IMG/VR virus record: IMGVR_UViG_3300002925_000022
Location: 1 to 26,080 of that record
Reading direction: 5' to 3' (one strand)
Source: a virus
Length of the DNA stretch: 26,080 nucleotides
The number at the start of each line of letters is the position of its first letter. The stretch's first letter is position 1. The notes beneath the pieces are model-generated. The model searched no databases and was not told where the DNA came from. It saw only the letters and a program-made list of their open reading frames with translations. Positions 1 to 5,508 of the stretch are shown in pieces. The position numbers and the translations under genes are program-made.

Positions 1-167
1 GCGAGCAGGTTGTCGCCGTGGATCAGGCGGTTGTCGAAGATGTCGTTCTCTGACACGCGCTTCGCGTAGGACAACTCTGGCTGTTCCAAGAGAACATGTG
101 GCTGAAGTTGAGGCCGGTTTTCCTTCCCCTGCCAGGTTAGTTTCGGTTCGTCCAGTTGGGATTTCAC
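1..167 (-). CDS. N-terminus of a type III R-M Mod-like site-specific DNA methyltransferase (runs off the left edge; absent from the ORF track)
   Basis: Manual translation from GTG at 167: MKSQLDEPKLTWQGKENRPQLQPHVLLEQPELSYAKRVSENDIFDNRLIHGDNLLA. The LTWxGKENRP and NRLIxGDNLLA segments are typical of Mod N-termini ahead of the DPPY motif. SD-like AAGGGA lies upstream. Confidence 0.8.
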   Translation of the reverse strand, partial: MKSQLDEPKLTWQGKENRPQLQPHVLLEQPELSYAKRVSENDIFDNRLIHGDNLL

Positions 168-281
168 GATAGATGTTTCCCTTTGATAAACAGGTTCAGG
201 TTGATCAGCTAAACGTTGAACCTGGAAATGGTAATTTGGTTACCTTCCCAGAGTACGGTATATACGTTTTGAGTTTATCGT

Positions 282-590
282 TTAGACGTTCCGGTAAAGG
301 TCTTCCATTACCTGGATGAGGCGACTTCTAAGACTTTTCAGGATGCCGACACGGGCCATGATGAGGCGATTCCTCTCCTGGACGGCGTAGTCATGGGTGG
401 GATTATCTTGAGTTAGGTTCTCCCCTTCCTCAATCAGTTTGTCGAGTTCGGAAAGCTGGTCTTCAACCAGTTTATCCACCTTCTCGGCATACTTTCCCAC
501 ACCAGTGTCGGAGGCCTCCAGCAAGGCAAGCTTTACAGCTTTCTGGACGGTCTCTGACAGTTTTGCTTTATTCATAGTACGCTTCGCCAT
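282..590 (-). CDS. Hypothetical helical protein with shared N-terminal motif (about 102 aa)
   Basis: ORF track 282..596. ATG at 590 is preferred because AAGGGG precedes it. N-terminus KLSETVQKAVKLALLE resembles that of 1258..1569. Confidence 0.75.
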   Translation of the reverse strand: MAKRTMNKAKLSETVQKAVKLALLEASDTGVGKYAEKVDKLVEDQLSELDKLIEEGENLTQDNPTHDYAVQERNRLIMARVGILKSLRSRLIQVMEDLYRNV

Positions 591-608
591 GGACAATCGC
601 CCCTTGTT

Positions 609-1208
609 TCAGGCGGCCGAGATCAGTTCATCCAGGTCTTTTACCCCAGACTCTACGGCTTCCTCAAATTCCCGTGCCAATTTAACAGCGACATGCATCC
701 TGGTTGCTTTGTCGAACATTGAGTCAACCTGGTCTCGACCAGTGCCAAACTCTCTGACGTACTTCTGAACGGCAGCGTCCACAAGGTACATCCAAATCTT
801 TGGAGCCAAGGCTGAATCATATTGCCCCTTCTTCATTTTCAGGGCAAGGTTCTTTTCAATTGCCTTCTTTTGCCTTCCTTCCCTGAACTCAAAATCGTTC
901 TCGATGTAGAAGCGGAGTTCATCAGCCGCCGCTGAATCAACAACCATTGACTTTCTGGAACCAGTGGAAGAAGCCATAGCCCCTGAAACTTCACCGTCCT
1001 TACGTTGGCCTCCAAGAATGGAACCAGCAGCAGTGATCTTCTGGCCTTCAAGAATGGCAAGAGCTTCCTTGAGACGCTTCTTGGCTTCATCAAGTTCTTT
1101 CTTGTTGTTCTTGCTTTGTTCTCTCACGGTTAGAGACGCAAGCTTCTTTTTTACGGCTTCACGGATGATTCCACGAAGTTCTTCCTTATCGACTTTAATT
1201 GTGCTCAT
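609..1208 (-). CDS. Hypothetical phage protein (199 aa) with N-terminal motif, coiled coil and C-terminal helical domain
   Basis: AGGAG SD and ATG start. N-terminal ELRGIIREAV. The C-terminal ELRFYIEND...KNL..KMKKG.YD...WMYLVD segment resembles phage hypothetical proteins. Confidence 0.85.
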   Translation of the reverse strand: MSTIKVDKEELRGIIREAVKKKLASLTVREQSKNNKKELDEAKKRLKEALAILEGQKITAAGSILGGQRKDGEVSGAMASSTGSRKSMVVDSAAADELRFYIENDFEFREGRQKKAIEKNLALKMKKGQYDSALAPKIWMYLVDAAVQKYVREFGTGRDQVDSMFDKATRMHVAVKLAREFEEAVESGVKDLDELISAA

Positions 1209-1223
1209 TGCCCAACTCCTATT

Positions 1224-1240
1224 TGCTTCATAATGAAGCA
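1224..1240. promoter_or_regulatory. Perfect palindrome TGCTTCAT-A-ATGAAGCA (operator or small hairpin) just upstream of the SD of 609..1208
   Basis: 8-bp arms with a 1-nt centre, in an intergenic position. Confidence 0.45.
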
Positions 1241-1257
1241 GTTTACTTCACACCCCT

Positions 1258-1569
1258 TCAGTCTTCCCGGTGAGGAAAGGAAATTAAATCCTTGGCAGCT
1301 TCCAGAGCAGCCTTACGAATTTGGTCTTTCATTCGGGTTACCACTTCGTAGTATTTTTCTTGGATTTCCGGTTGCATATCGTCTGGATTCACCAGTCCAA
1401 GGGCATCTGTGATGGTCTTTTCAAAGTCCATTGAGGTCGAAGCGGCCATGTGCTCAATGTTCCGCATGGCTGTAAAATGTGTTCCTTCCCGAAGGATTGC
1501 AAGCTTCACAAGCGTCTGAATTGTTTCAGAAAGCCTCTTGGAACTGATCCTTTTCGTTGTTTTTGTCAT
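1258..1569 (-). CDS. Hypothetical protein with shared N-terminal motif (103 aa)
   Basis: ATG start preceded by GGTAGG and TATTTACCAGT. N-terminus RISSKRLSETIQTLVKLAILRE. Confidence 0.8.
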   Translation of the reverse strand: MTKTTKRISSKRLSETIQTLVKLAILREGTHFTAMRNIEHMAASTSMDFEKTITDALGLVNPDDMQPEIQEKYYEVVTRMKDQIRKAALEAAKDLISFPHRED

Positions 1570-1587
1570 TGGCTACCTACCGCTGTA

Positions 1588-1598
1588 ACTGGTAAATA
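1588..1598 (-). promoter_or_regulatory. Putative late promoter TATTTACCAGT
   Basis: An identical 11-mer occurs at 2277-2287; both are intergenic and upstream of minus-strand genes. Confidence 0.55.
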
Positions 1599-1604
1599 TG
1601 GGCC

Positions 1605-2276
1605 TTATGTTGAAGACTTGATAAAGAGGTACAATCTCTGGGCCACCGTCTGAAGGATTGAATCATTCGTATCGTATAAGGCCTTGACCATACCCAAGGC
1701 ATGGCTTGGGTCTTTGAAAACCGTTTGAATTTGGCCCTTCAGCGACTTCAGTATCAAATTTGGATCCTGAGTTTGATTCAAAAGTTCCTGTGCTCCTGAA
1801 ACCATAGCATCAATCGGATCCCCAAGCGGTTCCACACTCATCCCAGCCTCGCCACCTGGAACCATTGTAGGATCTGCTGTTCCCAACCCGGCAACCATGT
1901 CCGTAACACCCGGGCCAGCAGCGGTACCCGTTCCAGCAACAGTATTACCCGTTGGAGAAACACCAGGAAGCCCTGGAAGGGTTCCAGTCATTGGATCGGT
2001 TCCAGTATCGGTGGCAGCCGGATCAACCGCTACTGGGGCTGCTGGGGCTGGGGCTGTTGGTGTGCCTGGTGCTGGGACTGCTGGGGCTGCTGGTGTGCCT
2101 GGTGCTGGGGTTGTAGCATCCGCTTCCAGGTTAAGAGGAGAACGACCGATGTTCAAGTTGTCAATCTCGGTGAAAGCAATTTTCTTCCGCCTTTTATCAG
2201 AAAGGGCAAGGGCTTTGTCAACTTCTTCGCTGACAATTTGCTCAATAAGTTCGACAAGGACATTTCCCTTTGACAT
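1605..2276 (-). CDS. Hypothetical protein with a Pro/Ala/Thr/Gly-rich disordered centre (about 223 aa)
   Basis: Start revised to ATG 2276 (MSKGNVLVELIEQIVSEEV), which removes the overlap with 2301..2549 and follows TATTTACCAGT directly. Confidence 0.75.
   Translation of the reverse strand: MSKGNVLVELIEQIVSEEVDKALALSDKRRKKIAFTEIDNLNIGRSPLNLEADATTPAPGTPAAPAVPAPGTPTAPAPAAPVAVDPAATDTGTDPMTGTLPGLPGVSPTGNTVAGTGTAAGPGVTDMVAGLGTADPTMVPGGEAGMSVEPLGDPIDAMVSGAQELLNQTQDPNLILKSLKGQIQTVFKDPSHALGMVKALYDTNDSILQTVAQRLYLFIKSST
2047..2109. repeat. Two-copy intragenic repeat with a 33-bp period, encoding PAPGTP(A/T)APA
   Basis: gctggggctg(t/c)tggtgtgcctggtgctggg at 2047-2076 and 2080-2109. Confidence 0.8.
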
Positions 2277-2287
2277 ACTGGTAAATA
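2277..2287 (-). promoter_or_regulatory. Putative late promoter TATTTACCAGT abutting the ATG
   Basis: TATTTA + 5 nt + ATG, with no SD. Confidence 0.55.
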
Positions 2288-2300
2288 GCGAGAGAACGAC

Positions 2301-2549
2301 ATGAGCTTTGCGAAAACTGGTTCTTGCCCCAAATGTGGTGCCCCCATCTGGATCCCGGAAAAGTGGAATCGGGCAGATTGCCCACCCCCTATCACTTACT
2401 CCTGCAACTGTCATGGTGCTGTAACCATTGGCACTGGCACTAATTCTAGGTTGGAGAATCGAATTCAGAAACTGGAAAAGGAGATAGAGGAACTAAAAGC
2501 TGGGGCAAAGACAACTGCAACAGCTTGCAAGAGTCTGCTAAAAGATTGA
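2301..2549 (+). CDS. Small Cys-rich (CPKC...CNC) zinc-binding-like protein with a C-terminal coiled coil (82 aa)
   Basis: ATG start, CxxC and CxC motifs, and heptad pattern LENRIQKLEKEIEEL. Confidence 0.7.
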   Translation: MSFAKTGSCPKCGAPIWIPEKWNRADCPPPITYSCNCHGAVTIGTGTNSRLENRIQKLEKEIEELKAGAKTTATACKSLLKD

Positions 2550-2559
2550 ACTTGTAAAC

Positions 2560-3234
2560 TTAAGCTGGAATCTTACCGTGTCGCTTTAGGAAGTCAATGA
2601 TTTCAGCATAACGTGACTCGGCCATAAAAGATTCGTCCTTCAAGTCTTTGAGAATTTTTTCTGGAAATGGAAAAGTGTAGTAGTAGTTTCCGCTGGTAAG
2701 CTGGTGAGTTACCCACTGGTAGATTTGTCCCATTTGTTCATCGGTGTAGTTGTAAACCTTCCGAACAATCAGAATACTCGTCCTGTAACCGTTCAATTCA
2801 AACAGATATCGTCCCGGTGCTGGGAGAGGGGCAAGGAAAAGCAGGGCAAGGAACCATAGCCACATCCAAGGGTTCAAAAAACCAAAGAAAGCCAGTAGTG
2901 AGAGAGAAGCAAGGCACTGTGGGAACAAGTAACCGAGGACAAAGACTACCCTATTTTTTGTGTAGTCAATAATGTGCTGCGTTTCATGTCCAAGGACTTC
3001 CAACATTCCAATTTCTTGCGACTGTTGAAGGAAGTTCTCAGGGACATAGATGGTAGCCCCAATGGTTGTAATGTAACTTTCCATAAAAGTAGGGTTGAAC
3101 GGTTTCAAAATGAAACCGATAGTTCGCATAAGCATGGAATCAGCCTTTGGGAGAATCTTTGCCTTCGGGTTGTGCTTCTGCGTAACTTCCGTCAGAAAAG
3201 CTTGAACCAAGGGTGGGAGAACGACAGTTGCCAT
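2560..3234 (-). CDS. Putative membrane-associated zinc metallopeptidase (HExxH), 224 aa
   Basis: YITTIG...IYVP strands precede GHETQH. A hydrophobic hairpin and a downstream Glu (FELNGY) follow, the Glu being a candidate third zinc ligand. GGAG SD. Confidence 0.7.
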   Translation of the reverse strand: MATVVLPPLVQAFLTEVTQKHNPKAKILPKADSMLMRTIGFILKPFNPTFMESYITTIGATIYVPENFLQQSQEIGMLEVLGHETQHIIDYTKNRVVFVLGYLFPQCLASLSLLAFFGFLNPWMWLWFLALLFLAPLPAPGRYLFELNGYRTSILIVRKVYNYTDEQMGQIYQWVTHQLTSGNYYYTFPFPEKILKDLKDESFMAESRYAEIIDFLKRHGKIPA

Positions 3235-3267
3235 TTACAAACTCCGGGTGTAATTATTCGCAATAAC

Positions 3268-3660
3268 GTGAAGCACAGGCCGCCAAAGCAACCAGCTATA
3301 AATTTTCATCCCGAGGCTCAAGTGATCGTCACGGGGAAGCCTATTTCGCGTCAACAAGCGGCTTCCGTAATTGTGTTTGCCGAGTCCATGAGCTTTCAAG
3401 GCTGGTGTTCTCCAGAAGGGACCATAGGCCACCTGGATGGATTCTTGCAGAATACGACTTACTACCAACTCCTGGCAGAACTACAAAGTCTGGCCAATAT
3501 GTTCCCTGTTTTGGATATGGGAGTTACCGTCATGAGCGGTCCCCCTGGAAGCCATGTTTTCCCTGTGTTGTCCTTGAGAATCCAGAACCAAAAAGTGAAA
3601 ATTACAACCGATGTTCATTCAGGACATCCACCCCCAAAGCGGTTGAATTCAAAGGTATAA
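3268..3660 (+). CDS. Hypothetical phage protein (about 130 aa)
   Basis: 3' part of ORF 2974..3660. GTG at 3268 removes the antisense overlap. The VTGKPIS..QA, GWCSPEGTIG and FP.LD..VT.MSG segments look like a real protein. Confidence 0.65.
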   Translation: MKHRPPKQPAINFHPEAQVIVTGKPISRQQAASVIVFAESMSFQGWCSPEGTIGHLDGFLQNTTYYQLLAELQSLANMFPVLDMGVTVMSGPPGSHVFPVLSLRIQNQKVKITTDVHSGHPPPKRLNSKV

Positions 3661-3690
3661 TCAGGAAATGGGGCGATATAGAGTCAAGGC

Positions 3691-4122
3691 GTGAAGCGCC
3701 ACCGTCTAAGTCAATACACTCTCCAGGACTTCAAATCGTCGATCAAACCCGGGTCTTTCTTGTACCCTTACCGAACCAAGTACGGTTGGTCCCTTAGTTC
3801 AGGGTGGGGAAGCGAAGATGAACTAATTGAGAAGAGGGGGCTTCTCAAATACCAAACCGTTGTTGTGCCTCCTACCTTCATCCCTAACTCCGTTCTTCGA
3901 TCCCCTCTTGAGGCCTCCAACAGCATTACAACAGAATGTTCCAAAATCTACCTGTTCAGTCACTTGTCCTTCCGTGCCTTAACCCTTAGCCATCGACAAC
4001 CCTTGAACCTGAAGTTCAATCATCCTATTGGCATCTACCTGGGTGAACTGGTAGCCATCGTCGAAACCAATGTGGTAACGGCAAAAATCCTTAGCTTGGA
4101 TGGCCAACTTATCTGGGTTTAG
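3691..4122 (+). CDS. Hypothetical protein (143 aa)
   Basis: GTG-start ORF filling the space after the previous gene; its coding strand is unusually pyrimidine-rich. Confidence 0.55.
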   Translation: MKRHRLSQYTLQDFKSSIKPGSFLYPYRTKYGWSLSSGWGSEDELIEKRGLLKYQTVVVPPTFIPNSVLRSPLEASNSITTECSKIYLFSHLSFRALTLSHRQPLNLKFNHPIGIYLGELVAIVETNVVTAKILSLDGQLIWV

Positions 4123-4128
4123 CTGTAA

Positions 4129-4303
4129 TTCAGACTCCGGCTAATCAATGGCCGTGCCCGAGCATACACGTCCTAAGGCCTCCAGAAGCCCCATACGGAC
4201 CGCTAACTTCTCCCAAAGGGTCAAACCACGTACCCTGGTCCAAGATGGCTCCAGAATGGCTTATAGGCGCTCTGCTGCCCGGATTTGATAGACAGTCTTT
4301 GAA
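4129..4303. other. Long imperfect hairpin with symmetric internal loops (single-strand-origin-like element or structured RNA)
   Basis: Six nested complementary blocks between convergent genes; see findings. Confidence 0.55.
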
Positions 4304-4371
4304 CTAGGCTTGTGCTAGGAAGAACTGCCAAGGGAGGTATGGGATTTTGGCCATTTGAATTGGATTGCCGT

Positions 4372-4845
4372 TCATTTTTTCTTTTTCAGTTCTTGGAAGA
4401 CTTCCAAGGGTGTCAACTTTTTCTTTTGGCTGTTCTCCTTGAGATTCTGGAAGACTTCTTGAACGGCATTTCTCTCCTCGTCTTCATAGGTCTGAAAACT
4501 ATTCAGCGGTTCAACCCATCCTGACCGGACCCATCCTTCTCTTGTCTCCCCTGCTTCATAAGGGTCCGAAATGAAACATAGCACATAGTCGCAATTCAAC
4601 AGGTCTGTCCTGGGGTGGTAAATTGTAACCACCTTAGCAACAAACAGAGTGTACTTCTTGGTTTGAGTCTCTTCCCTAAGAAACCAAGGTGGTGGACCGT
4701 ATCCCTTCAGAGAACTGAAAAGCAATTTGTAGTCATCATCAAACGGAACCTTGGGGAGTTCTGAGTAAAACCTTCCGTAATATTTCCGTTTGTACTGAAG
4801 CAACTGCCCCTTCTTGATAGCTTGCATGACTCCTAACCCTAACAC
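4372..4845 (-). CDS. Hypothetical protein (157 aa; alternative ATG start at 4827)
   Basis: ORF track; diverges from the purine-rich repeat region. Confidence 0.65.
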   Translation of the reverse strand: MLGLGVMQAIKKGQLLQYKRKYYGRFYSELPKVPFDDDYKLLFSSLKGYGPPPWFLREETQTKKYTLFVAKVVTIYHPRTDLLNCDYVLCFISDPYEAGETREGWVRSGWVEPLNSFQTYEDEERNAVQEVFQNLKENSQKKKLTPLEVFQELKKKK

Positions 4846-4933
4846 ACCCCTTAAGACCTTTCCCCCTTCCTTTCAATAAACTCAAAAACGGTGGAACACT
4901 ACCAAGAAAAGGAGGGGGGAGGAGGAAAAGATA

Positions 4934-5026
4934 TAAGAGTTAAGAGTTAAAGTTAAGAGTTAAGGTTAAGAGTTAAGGTTAAGAGTTAAGGTTAAAGTTA
5001 AAGGTTGAGAGTTAAGAGTTTAAGAG
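4934..5026 (+). repeat. Degenerate tandem array of about 13 GTTAAG(A)/GTTAAA units
   Basis: Alternating 7- and 6-bp units, including (GTTAAGAGTTAAG)x3; intergenic. Confidence 0.9.
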
Positions 5027-5145
5027 ATAACAAGAAATAAGATATAAGATTGTTAGCACTTAAGAGAGAGAAAGAAAGAAGGGGGAAAAGAGAAGAGAGG
5101 AAGAGGAAGGGGAATAGTTAGAGTGGGAGAAACTAGGGGTTAAAA

Positions 5146-5508
5146 ATGAGGATTAGAACAGCAGATCTTTTGCGACTTATACAAGAGGGTGTTAGAACTG
5201 CCTTCCAGAAGAAGGAAATAGGCAAAGCAACCACAACCGTTGTCTTGGACGGGTTTGAGGTTGGACCAATTAGAGTTAGAGGGAACTATTACCCTGGTCG
5301 TCGTGGTAACAGGGAGAATCCACCAGAATATCCAGAGTTTGAGCTTCGTTCTATTTTCCTGAAGGGAAAGGAGATGAACCCCGAGGAGTTTTTGCAGATT
5401 GAGAATGAAGCGCGTGCTGCTGTAGGGGAAGATCCTCTTGGAGAAGAGGAGTTTCTCCTGAAGGTAGAAGAAGAAGTTCTGGGGACGGAACAAGTTTATG
5501 GGTTTTAG
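5146..5508 (+). CDS. Acidic hypothetical protein (120 aa) with shared N-terminal motif
   Basis: AGGGG SD and ATG start. N-terminus MRIRTADLLRLIQEGV. Its stop overlaps the convergent gene by 4 nt. Confidence 0.75.
   Translation: MRIRTADLLRLIQEGVRTAFQKKEIGKATTTVVLDGFEVGPIRVRGNYYPGRRGNRENPPEYPEFELRSIFLKGKEMNPEEFLQIENEARAAVGEDPLGEEEFLLKVEEEVLGTEQVYGF

Noticed and set aside
2277-3267. Long N-terminal extensions of ORFs 1605..2414 and 2974..3660
   Set aside because: They overlap better-supported opposite-strand genes; downstream starts at 2276 and 3268 resolve the overlap.
4934-5026. Possible CRISPR array or true telomere (TTAGGGTTAGG also occurs on the minus strand at 4832-4842)
   Set aside because: Units are 6-7 bp with no unique spacers. 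The array is internal, and fewer than two TTAGGG copies can occur by chance in this biased region.
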